Assembly (NCBI GenBank): GCA_040954595.2
Contig: CM082580.2
Location: 7,232,390-7,296,389 of the forward strand
From: Balanoglossus misakiensis
Lineage: Eukaryota; Animalia; Hemichordata
Length of the DNA: 64,000 nt
Direction of reading: 5' to 3'
This document shows, one piece after another, positions 13,001-26,000 of the stretch (positions are counted from its first letter, which is position 1; the number at the start of each line of letters is the position of its first letter). The notes under the pieces are model-generated. The model was not told the DNA's origin. It made no database searches and saw only the letters and a list, made by a program, of their open reading frames with translations. The position numbers and the translations under genes are program-made.

Positions 13001-15569
13001 ATAAACTTTACATAAATATTGTGTCTCTCAGTTGATATAAACGTGGAACTTTCAACTTTCTGTTCAGATAAACACATTTCTCTGCATTAGACCTCGTTAG
13101 TCAATCCCTATAATTTGTGCATAACAAGTGCATATTTCTTTCATAAATTGTAAAGTAGTTGTTTTAATGTGCTGTACTAAAACAGATGTAAACAAAGACT
13201 AACTCTTCCGATGTTCGCTGACATTTAACATCTTGTTGTTGACGTTCATCTCAGTCTAGTCGGTTTGTTTCCCACTAACATCTAACACTAGTAGACTTAT
13301 AGGTACATTGTACATCTGTGTGAAATTTGTGATTTTAGACAATTTTGTCATGGTATTAAATTTTCTTTTCAGTATAAAACATTCAATACATTAATTCAGA
13401 TACTCTGTAGTCATAATGGTTTCCATGTCAACAAGTGTTCTTCTGAGTAGTCCCCCCCCCCCCCCCACCCCTGTGTTTGATGTTTATGTCAGCACCACAT
13501 ATTGAATGGAGTGATTTATTTCTCATTACAGGTGTCTATTGTTTCTCTGTTCATGGTTGCATTTATCATCATCGTAATCATTATCAGGACTGCTACACTG
13601 GGACCGCATATGTAAGTCCACAATGCATGATTATTTTTCTATTGTCCGGGCAAGAATGACAAAATCATAATGCGCAGGATGAATTGATACCGGTACATGA
13701 ATAACTTGAATATTCCAACTCACCCAAAACAAATTTGTATTTTTTTTATTTTCAGACCACCGACACCTCAGGCCTGGGATTTTGCCCACCAAAATTTTGC
13801 ACAAGCAATTGGCATCATGACATTTGGTAAGTTTTGCATAAAACACTCGTCAGCTGATCTACATTCATCTTGCAATGTACGGTAAAATTTTCAGTGCATG
13901 TGCCTAGCTTTAACATTTTTGAAAATGGCTTCATGAAGCAGTGTTTTCTCTCAGAAATATTCAAAGTGCTATCACAGAGATTATGGTATGGAGATGGATA
14001 TATCACATAGCTATAACGTTTTTCAACAGTTGGTTGCCCTCACTCGGCAAACGATGAGAATCTTTTGTTTTTCTTGAATGAAACTTTAAGTCTTTTTGTT
14101 TCAATTGATTAATGAGATTCTCATCGCAACAAATATTATAACCCTGGTAAAAAAAAAAAAAACACAGCCCTTCGATGAAAATTTCTCTCTTTGTTGTTTT
14201 TTCAGCCTTCGTGTGCCATCACAATTCATTCCTGATCTACGACTCGCTGGAGGAACCCACAATCAAGAAATGGTCTGTTTTGGCTCACGTTTCGGTGCTG
14301 ATATCTTTTGTTGTCAGTGCCGTCTTTGGCGCCTGTGGATACGCTACTTTCACTGGCTACACCCAAGGTACAAAGCCTTCAGTTGTTTTTAAAGTTCCAT
14401 TGAAAAATATCAATCTACGTACGTGGTAACCCAGTCGACTATTACTTGTTGCGTACGTATCACTCACTTATGTAAATACTGTTGCATAATAGTATTATCA
14501 CAAAATATGACCTAATTTTTGCCTTATTTTATATTGATAGGTGATATTTTAGAAAATTATTGCCATGACGATGACCTGGCCAATGCAGCCAGGTTGATCT
14601 ATGGAATCACCATCATGTTCACCTATCCCATAGAATGCTTTGTGACGAGAGAAGTAAGTATGTTAACGCGTTGGTAATCTCTGAATTGCTTCCCCCTGGT
14701 GCATGAGATAATATACCAGCAATCATCTCTTTACGCCATTTCTCATGTTCAACCTTCCTTCTTGTCAGGTGCTGGATAACATCATTGTAAACTGGGGTTA
14801 CGCCGAGAAACCGCAGACACTAACACGTCATCTGGTCGAAACACTTATATTGGTGGGACTCACTCTAGGTGTATCCATGGCAACAGACTGCTTAGGAATC
14901 GTCTTAGAACTTAACGTGAGTATGAGTGGGACAGTTGAATATTTCCTAGACTTTCATAAGCACAGTGAAGGTTATGGAATATTAAAAGAGAGTTATCAAC
15001 ATTATTCATTTCTGCAACTTAATTATTTTTTTTAAAGAAATAGTAATTCTTGCCAAATTACACTTACAACAAAGTGTACATGTCACTTGCATTATCGCTT
15101 TCTGCAGTTGGAATTTCCTGACTCACAACCTACACACAACCCTTTCACCCATCCTTGTGTACAGGTCCAATGTTACCATGGAAAACAGCGGGTTTGGACC
15201 AAACCATTGTGGCGTAAAGGTTAACTCAATCTTTGACCGTTTTATTTTTATCTGCAGGGTGTCCTGGGCGCAGTTCCTCTGGTTTTCATATTACCGGCGG
15301 CATGTTATCTCAAATTCCAAGATGGCCACCTCTACTCCCTGCGGAAACTGCCGCCGCTCATTATCTGCGCCATCGGCGTGTTGTCCATGGTCGTCGGGTT
15401 CGTCATGTCGTTCATCTACTCCAAATCCTGCAGTCATGGACGCGAGATGTGGTACTGCCAGATGAACACGACAATGCCCATCTACCGGGTCTTTGACAAC
15501 CATTCACTCGACTTCACCACGGAGGAGATGTACGACATCACCAGTTTTGTTACATCACCATTGCCATAA
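7093..15569 (+). CDS. SLC38A11: Putative sodium-coupled neutral amino acid transporter 11 (SLC38 family). Exons: 7093-7237, 7418-7492, 7870-8004, 8838-8903, 11924-12030, 13532-13611, 13756-13826, 14206-14367, 14541-14653, 14769-14915, 15258-15569
   Basis: Phase-compatible GT-AG exons encoding LNTVNSIIGSGILGMPYA, LQFLYPFIAMISYNIIIGDT-type, AQAIGIMTFAFVCHHNSFLIY, GYATFTGYTQGDILENYC, TYPIECFVTREV and DCLGIVLELNGVLGAVPLVFILP motifs typical of SLC38A11. Confidence 0.9.
9648..9704. mobile_element. 57-bp hairpin MITE with 9-bp TSD (AcademH-like TAG...CTA termini)
   Basis: TAGCCTAGTCCT...AGGACTAGGCTA is a near-perfect inverted repeat, flanked by CCAGTCAAA at 9639-9647 and 9705-9713. Confidence 0.8.
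12495..12596. mobile_element. 102-bp MITE with TIRs, an internal hairpin and a 9-bp TSD
   Basis: TIRs CATTCTCCGTGCAGAGATTGT / ACAATCTTTGTACGGAGAATG, inner stem CTAGCTAGGGG..CCCCTAGCTAG, and TSD CCACACACC at 12486-12494 and 12597-12605. Confidence 0.8.
15138..15224 (+). mobile_element. ~90-bp TTAA/piggyBac-type MITE, copy 1
   Basis: AACCCTTTCACC...GGGTTTGGACCAAACCATTGTGG..AAAGGTTAA. Homologous to copies at 30941, 31721, 32401 and 58455. Confidence 0.65.
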
Positions 15570-15576
15570 TGGACGA

Positions 15577-15652
15577 TACAATACAATACAGTATGTACAA
15601 TACAATACAATACAATACAATACAGTATGTACAATACAATACACAATACAAT
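15577..15652. repeat. (AATAC)n pentanucleotide microsatellite just after the SLC38A11 stop codon
   Basis: Repeated TACAA/AATAC units seen directly. Confidence 0.85.
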
Positions 15653-17640
15653 ACCATTCTACTGGTATGCAGTGCAATACTGATCTCCTAGAAGTACAAT
15701 ACAGTAAAATACAACATAACAGTTTTATTCTTTATTTATTTCAATAGGAGTAATGTGACCTTTTTTACTGCGCAGGTAGGACACAGTACATCTGCACAAA
15801 TTCTTAGATCTGTCCTGATTTCCTGAAACTAGATGAAGCTGAAACCCTGCCAGTTCATTACTGAGGCTAGCTGGCATACACACTGCGTGGTGTGTGTGTG
15901 TACTTGTGTGCATAGTATTCAGTACATACTGCTAGTATGCATTTTAGTGTATCACAGAGTTGACTAAAAATGAACTTATAGGTTGCACATTCGTTTCAAG
16001 CACACTGCAGTGTTGTACCATATAGTGAAGGTGGTTGGTTCATAAATTAATCCCACCCCTGCATTGTAGATGTGTTTAGGTATTTTGTACATTCAGTAGG
16101 GTTAGTTATTAAGCTTGTTAACCAGGCATCGGAGCCTGTTGGCCTGTGTCGTAGAAAAAGACTAAGAATTTTACACGCAGACTTGGTCTTTTAGAAGATA
16201 TTGTATTCATCACTCAACTATTTCAACTAGAATTCAGCTGTTTAGAAAAAAATATCGCATTTCCACATACCTCAACCATATGCACATTATGCCCCACTTA
16301 AAATTTATTCCAGTGGTCGATAATGTCACAAGACATCTGATGTTAGGATTTGTTTCAGTCAAATTACGCCCTCTGTGGTCAAATGGTATTATGGGCATTT
16401 TCTTCAGAAAACTCTGATACCGTTATGTGTACTGAGTGGAGCTGGACACACCCTATGTATATTTCTGAAAAATACCTGTGCATTTAATCCCAACAGAGAG
16501 GTTAAATTAATCATTTGACATGTATCAGACCTTATTAAACATTTTTTTCTGAGGAAAGTTCTTGATTTCTGTAATTTTCAAAGATGTTCAGTTTTCAAAG
16601 TCAAAGTGTAAAGTGATGTCTAGTAGTACGCGTGTGTAAGTTGTATTTTATTAAATATTTCAGAAGTGAAGTTGCTCTTTGCAGTGTTTTGTACATAGTT
16701 GAGATTGTATATGTACAGTAATTGGTATTTATGAAATTAAAAACAATTTATTTCTCAAATAATTGTTGTTTGGGTGTAAATTTATATTTTTGAGCATTTG
16801 ACAATCATGCTTCTTTAAAGGGACGTCGTCTGTGACTTTTGGCTTTATTCCAGTATTTTTGTTCAGTGTACAAATTGTGCTCTACTCCAAACAGGATACC
16901 ATTTTTCAAGGCAGTACGATTGTCAGTGAGGCCTTCAGAATGATTTGTGAGACAGCCTTCTCGAATCATTTTCCAAAAACAACATCATAAGTACACGACA
17001 ACAATGTTAGCATTCTTTGAACAGGGACCATAAAAGACCGATTTTATACTAGTCCTTTGCAGTCACCAGCGTTTTGATGACCATATATGGTTTGCTAAAA
17101 TTCAATCCTCCTTTAGTATTTATTTCATTCACTGCATAACGGGGGTAGGATGTGTTTATCAGCAAGTGATGTGCTGAATATTAACAGTGGGACGTATTAC
17201 ATTTTGTATGTCATTCGAAGAGGAATATTAATAAAAACATGTTAAAGTTGATTTTTACAATGAGACACACAGATAAAGGGCACAAACTGTGGAAGGGTTT
17301 CCCTCAAGCAACCCCCCAAAATAGTGTACACACACTAGTATTTCGAATATAATAGACAGATATCCAAACAACTGCCCCAATTGCGGTTGGAGTTTTGACC
17401 AAGAAACAAGTGCTTCTTCAAAGAACAGAAGACTGATTGTCACAGTTCAGAAAAAGCGTCGAAAATACCTACATTCATCAGGTGAAATTTGCTGACAGCA
17501 AGCAAAGTAAGTGTTGTGTATTTTTCGAGAATTCCATTTCTTTGTGATCCTATATTACAGCAGTATAATAAAAATCTTTGTCGTGCAATATCTCTAGCAC
17601 ATACATCTAGCCTGATATTTTTATTTCATTTTTTCCCAGC

Positions 17641-18957
17641 ATGATTTATTGGCTAGTTATCAGCGTGCTAGTGGTGCTTGTTCGAACCAGCACCGCACAA
17701 GTCACTGGAGAAAACCAATGTCTGAGCATTTGCCCAGGCTCCTGGCCAGATACAAGAGTTGGTCCATCAGGAATACAGGGGCCAATAGGAAGACAAGGTA
17801 AATACTGCCCTCAAACTGGGAAACTGGGTTTTCTTTTATCTCATTCATGTCCCTTTCTTTTTGAAGAAATTTCTTTTTAATACCCCGGTACCTAGCACAA
17901 GGTTTAATTATCCACTGCCCCTAATAAATAGACATGTAAAGTTGTAAAAAACACCACAGCATCATGCTGTTCCCAAAAAATTTCTAAAATGGTGACCAAT
18001 TTTTTACTTTTTATAGGTCAGCCTGGTGTGATAGGTCCTGCAGGTAGTCCAGGGGTCAAAGGTGAACCAGGGGAGAAGGGAGAGAAGGGCAATATGGCCG
18101 CCAAAGGAGAAATAGGTACATGTTTATAATAATATGTCATAAATGAAGATTGAATGGTGATTTTGATAAAAATACCAACTGTTGCTGCCTAGTTGACAGA
18201 ATAGAAACAACCTTTATCCCTTGATTGACTGAAGAATTCTCATCTGCTGGTGTAATTGGCAGACTTTTTTCTTCCTTTTCATTGCACTATTAGTTGAGCC
18301 ATTCATATCTATTATTGATCAAAACAAATGCAACATTTTCCTGGGTTCGTAAATGACATACGGTACCACTAAAATCTGAAATTTTCCACGTTTGAAGGTG
18401 AACCTGGGGTCGAAGGTCAAACTGGTTTTCCTGGAAAGATTGGTCCACAGGGTCCAACAGGTGAGAGTGGCCAGAATGGAACTGATGGTGTCAAAGGTGA
18501 AACTGGGGAACATGGGGTCAAAGGTCAGAAAGGTGAAGTGGGTGAAGTACAAGCCAAGGTGGCATTCTCTGTTGGAAGGAGATCTTGGGTCATTGGTACC
18601 GATTCAGAGCAAACTATCACCTATACTCATGTGATAGTACAAGAAGGTGCCGATATTGACATCAACACTGGTGTGTTCACTTGTCAAGTTCCTGGCATCT
18701 ATTATTTCTCATTCTCATTCTATTCATCCCATAGTTACTCTCTGAACATACGACTCAAACAGAATGATGAATACAAGTTTGCACTTTATCGGACAACTAC
18801 TTCACGATTTGATGTTCACTCACAGAGTGGCATGTTACACCTGAACCAAGGTGATCAAGTCAAATTAGTGATACCCGGTGGTGACGGATACCGTACACAC
18901 TTTTGTAATCCAGGGGATTGCAACATATTCAATGGGTACCTAGTCTACCCTGACTAA
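17641..18957 (+). CDS. Secreted collagen-stalk plus C1q-domain protein (C1q/CTRP/otolin-like). Coding exons: 17641-17797, 18017-18115, 18398-18957
   Basis: Signal peptide MIYWLVISVLVVLVRTSTA, N-terminal Cys pair, Gly-X-Y repeats across phase-1 exons, and gC1q motifs VAFSV, TGVFTCQVPGIYYFSF, SQSGMLHLNQGDQV and FNGYLVYPD. Confidence 0.92.
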
Positions 18958-20036
18958 ACCAATCACAATGAAGTAGAAGTTGGTACCTACCTAGTGTCTA
19001 GTTCTGACTGGCAAAATAGTGTTAGTGTATTATCTCATGTACTGTATTAACGGTACAACACCTGACTCAAACGTTTTGGTTATAATTTCATTTCCTTCTT
19101 TGTGCACCATATTGAAGAAAAAAAATCACAATGTAACGTCGGATCGCAAATCTTATTATAATCTTTAATTCGTGTACTGTATTAAAAAAGAACATCAACG
19201 AGCAAAAAACTAGACAAACTTCCACAATTAATATTAAAAGCACCAACTTTCCTAAACGGTTTTTAAAAACATGTAGGATATTATATATTCAATGTACACT
19301 ATTTCCACTTTATTGTCTTGCTTACTTGAGACAGGTTTGTTCTTGAATTGTTTTATGAACCTTCAGGATGATTTCTTCAAGACGTAGAGGAACCTCTGTG
19401 TATTGTACACTTGGAAAGTCGATCAAAATATGTAATCAAAACAAATACTACCAGTATATCAGAAACTGCCGACCGTGGATCATCAAAATAAAACCTTTCC
19501 TATAAAACCTGACGTGTAAATATACAAAATCTTTGAAACAAAGGGCAGTTTGGCATGGCTTGTCAAAAGTCCAAGACGGTTTTCTTGAGGTTGAGTGCAT
19601 CTTCAGACCTCACCTGTACAATCATGGTAAGGATGATTTGAAGTTTAAGTACTTTATGCAGGGCTTGGTACAGTAACTCGGAATGGTGGGTAATGGCGCC
19701 CTCTAGAGACATACTTGAGCTCTGGAGGGAACGACCAATCAAAACAACAGGAGCTGTACACGCTGAGAGTCTGATCCTCGTTCGAATTTATACACTGCAT
19801 TCGGGTCACGCTAATAAGCGTCTTCATTTCTTTGTATTTTGATCAGGAAGCACACTGGTCCTTCTCTGTTCATGATCAAACTGTGTCCAAAAGCGAGATC
19901 GTCAGGATCGCACGATTTTTAGTGTCACATTAAAATTCCCCCCGATGCATGCCGCTAAGTACTGCTTTTATTTGCGCGACTTATAGGGCAGAATACGGAC
20001 CACGTTTTTTACCAGACTACCCCAAGCGGTGTTCGT

Positions 20037-23000
20037 TTATTTACACTTGGACTTGAGAGCACCAACAACTGCACTCAGCCACGCGTTCACCTGCTGGTGC
20101 GCCGCAAAGATTTCCTCGCTGGACAACTGGCCCAAGTTCTCTTCTGTAAATTCGTCGGCGAGCTCGCCCAGTCGCTCCATGAGCCGTGGCCGCTTTGGGC
20201 CACTCGCACATTCGATGGCGTCGTCCATTTGGGTCGTTTCAAGATCGCCCGACGGTGCAGCTTCACTTTCCGGCGTTCGTTCCGGGACTTTGGTGGCGAC
20301 GTCTGTGTTACTTTCACCGTCTGATTTTTCGTTTGCTTTTGAAGCACTCTCTTGGTTTCTGTCGTCGCTTGAACTTCTTCCTCCATTCGCGCAGTCGACG
20401 CCTTGCTCTACTGGCTTCTTGCAACTCTCGCCGTTGCCAGAAGCTCCCGACTGGGACAACTTGTTGATTTCATCCAACAGCTGACCGGAGTCCTCCAGAA
20501 CAGTGGCCACCTCTCTCTCTTTCCTGTTGTCCAGCGCTGGAAGAGAGGAACGGGGCCCACTGAGGTCAAAAGGTCACAGACTGGCAAACTTAAGTCGAAA
20601 GGTTACAGATTCCTAATCAGGGACGCTTTGACTTTTGTCTGGGGCATGGGGTGTGGAAAAAAGCCAGGGCTGGGTGAGTCGAGGTGTTGAGGTCAAAGGT
20701 CATAGACAGGCAAGCAAACATTAGGTCAGAGGTTACAGACTCCTAAAACAGGGATGCTTTGACTGTTTTCTGGGGAATGGGGAAAAGGCAGATGGGACAG
20801 CAACTGTGGTTGATGAGAGATTGTCAAAGTCTGATGGAGATGGCGACAACACAGTGACGAAACAATTTTACCTTTCGATTTGCTGATGTTTTCAGTTGAA
20901 GGCAGTGTTGGCGCTGATGACCTGGTAGAATTCTTGGTTCTCTTGAGCTGTAATAAAAAAAGATCAAAATTGTGGACAAATGTTACTACATGATTTTCCA
21001 CCTGCCTTGAATTCTGTGGTTGCTCTCTGAATGTTTTAATGCAGTAGTCAATGTACATGTAATCCCCTATAAAGGTCCCCACTTCGGGCGATACAGGAAA
21101 AACATGAGACACGGTTTGCCAAGGAACCAAGCCCGAGAGGATCGGGCATTTGCTTCATAATTAAACCCCCAGTCACCTTCACTATATCAAGCACGGAACT
21201 TATAAATGCCCCACTCGTTGGAGTTGGGAAAGTGTGGAGGATTTGCCGGAGTGTGTTTGGCATATTTAATGAGACTATTAATTTCCAAATCCCCATTATG
21301 CCCCGAGGTGGGGTGGGGGTTGGGTTGACATTGACTGCTGCAATGAAAAAAGTAATTGTGACATGTAAACCAGTGTGTGCCTTCTGGCGTTCAATTGGGG
21401 TTGTTTCACACATACCTGTTTCTCAAATTTATCCATAGCCATTTTTATAGTCTGCACCTTTGGCGAGCGAATAGGCAAATTTTGTACCTGTCAACAAAAG
21501 AAATCAAAATCAGTTAAAAATGTATTTGAGGTTGTTCACTACTCAGAACATTCTCGTCGTTGCAAGTTACCAATTCAAGAAAACAGCAGAAAAAATATCG
21601 CTTTAACTTGCCACATTGGCTCAACACAGTCAATGAAACTTTTCTCACTAATCATTTTCACTGGAATTTTGCAGGCAAATAAGGCCAGACTAGTGGCTTT
21701 TTATGTGACGACAAACCTCGGGAAGAGAAAATCTAGAAAAGGTTTTCCTATCCTCTGCAGTTATTCAGAACTACCTTTGCTGTGATGGTTCAAGTTCCCT
21801 CTTTTGTTCAATGCCACACCTTCGCAAAGGACTTTGAAAAACACACACAAGAAAACCATAGACTTACTTCTGCACAAGTCAGAGAACACAAATTCCCAAC
21901 AGTGTGGATTTTCCGTGCTCTGACCAGCTGTCCCAGACCACGCGACCTATGCATGGGGAGAGAAAAGGAAGAAATTAATACTCTTTTCGTTGTGTAGATG
22001 GACAACCAACATTGCTATACATGTAGTAGGGAATCATCATGTATCTGAAAAGTCATACGGTATTTTGCAAACATTTTAATAAATATGTAGAAAGTAGCCA
22101 GAAACTGCAAGTCCAGACACAAGTCAGTACAGTTTGCTGTCGTTGTGGTGATGATACCACCAATTGTATGACTCCATACCAAAGCTGTAGAAATGGTTTC
22201 ATATAGTCCGACACTACTGTGGTGTACACAAGTCCCTCCCACGCTATCACCCCCTTTGTAAAGTAAGAATGACCTGTCCCGGTATACAACCAGATGAAAC
22301 CATTGCAGAAGTACGAGGGGCTGCAGGGTGAAATATTAAATACTCACAAGACGGACGATGTCAACTGTGGCAACACCTGCTCAACTGGTGATGGACAATC
22401 GTTCAATTCCGGATACACCTGTTCCCGGCTATCCCACTCGTCTTCCTTGACACTTGCCGGGCTGCTCTGGGGTGTCCTGGATAGACGACGCTGTTACAAG
22501 GGGAAATACGGATTGTATGTAAAATGTTCTGCCACAGTTAACAGCGTAGAAAATACATGTATTTCTACAACTTTCATATTTACACCCTTTGTGAAGCTTA
22601 TTAAGATTAATTATGTTAGTCTTAGTTTAGTGGGAAAGGACCATGAAAAATAAACATACTTTTCTGCTGTTGTTTGATGTTGGAGTAATGAACCCGTTCC
22701 TCTCTTGATGTCCACCATTCACAGGGCTCATCTTGTAACCGCTGGCAACCAGTCGGCCATTGCCAGACTCTCTCAGTGGAGTTGTAATATACTGCAAATA
22801 AAAATAGTTGCATTATTGCATTATTGATCACAGCTTGTAGACAATGCAGTTGTGTTTTATGACGATGATGATGATGATGATAGTGATGATGATGATGATG
22901 GTGGTGGTGGTGATAGTGATGACAATGTTGTTGATGTTTTAGTTGACTCCCCCCCCCCCCAAAAAAAAAAAAAAACATGTTCAAACTCAGTCTATCTCGG

Positions 23001-26000
23001 ATGACATCCGATTCAAACTCTACATTTCCTAGACTAAAAAGTTTCTCCTGAAAATAAAAAGACCTACCCTGCTCTGGGCAGTTATGACCTTTGATGGGGT
23101 CGTGGTAACCAAGGGTGACGGGGGCAGAGCAGACTTGTTCAATTCCAGACACCGGTTGACGCCCTTCTGACCTGGAGAGTTGCAATCCTCCCCCGTTTTG
23201 TCTTGTTCAAGAGGTTCTGCAAAACTGACTCTTCTCAGCTGAAAAAAAAAGAAAATTACATCAATGAAATTGGACAGAAGATGGTGTAAATCACGGTCAC
23301 AGTACACTCATAATTAATTATCACAATTTTGTGATATACCGGTATGTCTCATAACGTAAGAACCTAGGTATGATTGCACAACAAAATTTAAATTTCCTCA
23401 GTGGAATCTGCTTCTCCTGAACACGCGGAAACTATGTGGATAATATTAACCTAGATAAGGAGTCTGGTCATACTCCTCAGCTTATTATCATAATCTCTGA
23501 GTGGAGAATGGCTTCATTCATCCAACTCCCCAGCTAAAATTAAAAATTCTCATTCTCCTCATGTGACATCTGACCTCACCTTATTTGGAGGTGAAGGTGA
23601 ATCTGTGCATTTCCTCTTCAGAATTCCCCCTCCCGGAGATGTCTTGGGCGAGTACAACTGACTGGTCAACCTCAGCTGGGCTGGCGACGTCACCATGCCC
23701 TTGGGTGACCTCTGACCTGGCTTGTCGCTCGAGGACGACGGCGAGAGGTTTGCCAACCTCGGAAAAACAAACCTACGGCTTGAAACGGGCGAACTGTGTG
23801 GCGAAGAAAACCTGGCTTCTTTACCTGGCAGTGGGTTGTTGCTTTTAGCAGCGGGCTTAGGTGGGCTCTGGCCACTTTCAAGCCTCTCAACTCCATCTGT
23901 TTTTGTCACAGTGTTCACTTTAGGTTCTTTGTCATCTTTAGATTCCGACTGTGATACAACCGGTTCGTCCATTTTTGATTCGTCGCCGAGACAACCAACC
24001 AAGTTGGCCAATGGCAAGTCCCAATCATCCTCCTCCTCCATTTCAACTTTCTTTACCTCCTCCCTCACACGCTCCTCTTTTCCTGGCAAGTTCTCTTTCA
24101 CCTCTGCACTCGGCAGAGACTTCCTTCTTTTCGGCTTCTGTTCATCCGGCTTGTCTTCCGGAGACTGCTGTCTTACAGGAGATGCACTTGCCGTTCGCCT
24201 CCTAGCAACCGGGAGGGCGCCACCCAGTTTCCGTCTCCTCGTTGTCATCGGCGACCTGACGGGCGACTTGACGACTCTCTGTAGCACCTTCTTGGCCGCC
24301 TTCTGTTTGGGGCTGGTCTTCTTCTTGCCGACCAGCCGTTTGAGCTTGCCACTATCGATTCTGTTGTCCCGTTTCTCTTCCCCGTTGCTGACGTCCCGCA
24401 CTCCTGAAGGTGCCTCGTCTCCCGCTGCAGGAGGAATCGTGCCATCACAGTCCTTGAAAGTCGCTTCTCCATCACGCTCTTCCTCGTGCGCCGCCTCTTC
24501 CTTTGCTCCCTCTTCCCTGGACATCGCCACATTGGAGTCGGCCTCTCGTGCGGAATCTCCAGTGTGAACGTCCTCTGTGGGTGAAGCCACTCCGGGTTCC
24601 GTGTCAGCACCGCGTGTTGGATCCTTGAGGAGGTTATTACCATCCTCTGCAGGAGACGTCACAGCTTCGCTTGCGGTACCTGCACTCTGCGTCGAATCCC
24701 CTACGTTGCCATCTTCTGCAGACGCGAGCGCATCTTTCCTCTCAGCATCCACGTCGACATCTCCGCTGGGTTTGGTCGAGTCGCCTGCATTGCCGTCTTC
24801 TACAGCTTCTGACTCCTCTCCACAAGCATGAGGAGCACCGTCCACATTCGCGTCAGACTCCTTTCCAGCGACAACGTTCATTTGTTCAGGACTCGACGCA
24901 ACAGCTGCGTTGGGCCGTTCAACCGGATCGCAGTCCCGATCCTGGTTGCCGCTTTCCGCAACCAGGCTACCTGTCTTGTCCACCTCACCACAGTCCCCTT
25001 CCGGGCCCAGATCGACTTCGGTGTCCTTCTGAGAGGCAAAGAGATCGACGCTCTCCACCGACGTGTTGTGGACACTGCTCCCCTCGTCTTTGGGATCCTG
25101 TCTGCGCGAACCGCTCGCCGTGTCCCTGGAACTATCCGCCTCCTCTTCTGCCGACTTTGCAGGAACTACAGTGTCAGCGGCGCGGCGGCCGTACTTGCTG
25201 ACTCTCCTCCTCACGGGTCTCTGACTGCCAGAGGAGGAGCCCCCATCCCTGCCGCTGGACTCTGTCACCTCCGCGACTGTAGACAGCGAGGGTGGTTTAG
25301 TCCCTTTCGGCGGCCTGCCAGGTTTTCTCTTTGGCGTCGGTTCACGCTCGGACTCTGCTCCCGCGCGAGGAGACGTTTCTTCAGATTTGCGAAGCCTCGT
25401 TTTTATCCCAAGCTTCTTTTTCCTCGTGGGAGACGCCTCTTGTGAGGATATGTCGCCCGCGTAATCTTGCGATTCGGCTCGCTTGCTCGCTGCATTATTA
25501 TCGCCATCGTCTTGAGTTTCGTCAGTGCTAGACAACGACTTCCGGTTTTTGATCAGGGGTGGCCTACCACGTTTCCGCTTTGGTTTGAGTTCGGCTTCCT
25601 GAGACAACTGCGGTGACGAATTTTCTTCGGTCTTGGCATGCTGCGGCTTTCTTCCCGGCTCCCGAGTGAACACGCCACTGCCGGCATCTTGTGAATCGAT
25701 GTCTCTGTCTCTCCCGCTGCCGGAGCTCTTGCTCGCTGCTTTGTTACTCCCATCATGACTTGCTTCACCACAGTCCATGACGGCATCGTCCCCATCATCC
25801 TCTTTGTCAGCAGGCAGTGGGGCAACTCCCTCGATGCCCTCCGAGTCTGCATCCCTGCCAAGAGGAGAAGAGTCTCTGATTATGCTCCTTCGTCTCTTAG
25901 ATTTTCGTTCGGGTGCTTTATTATTCTGTCCGTCTTCACATGTCTGAACTGAACTTTGAGTTCCTTTTTCCGTCTGTTCAGCTGCTGAGCACTGTGACCC

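Noticed and set aside
22622-23185. Poly-His ORF
   Set aside because: Intronic microsatellite read in an alternative frame across RIF1 exons.
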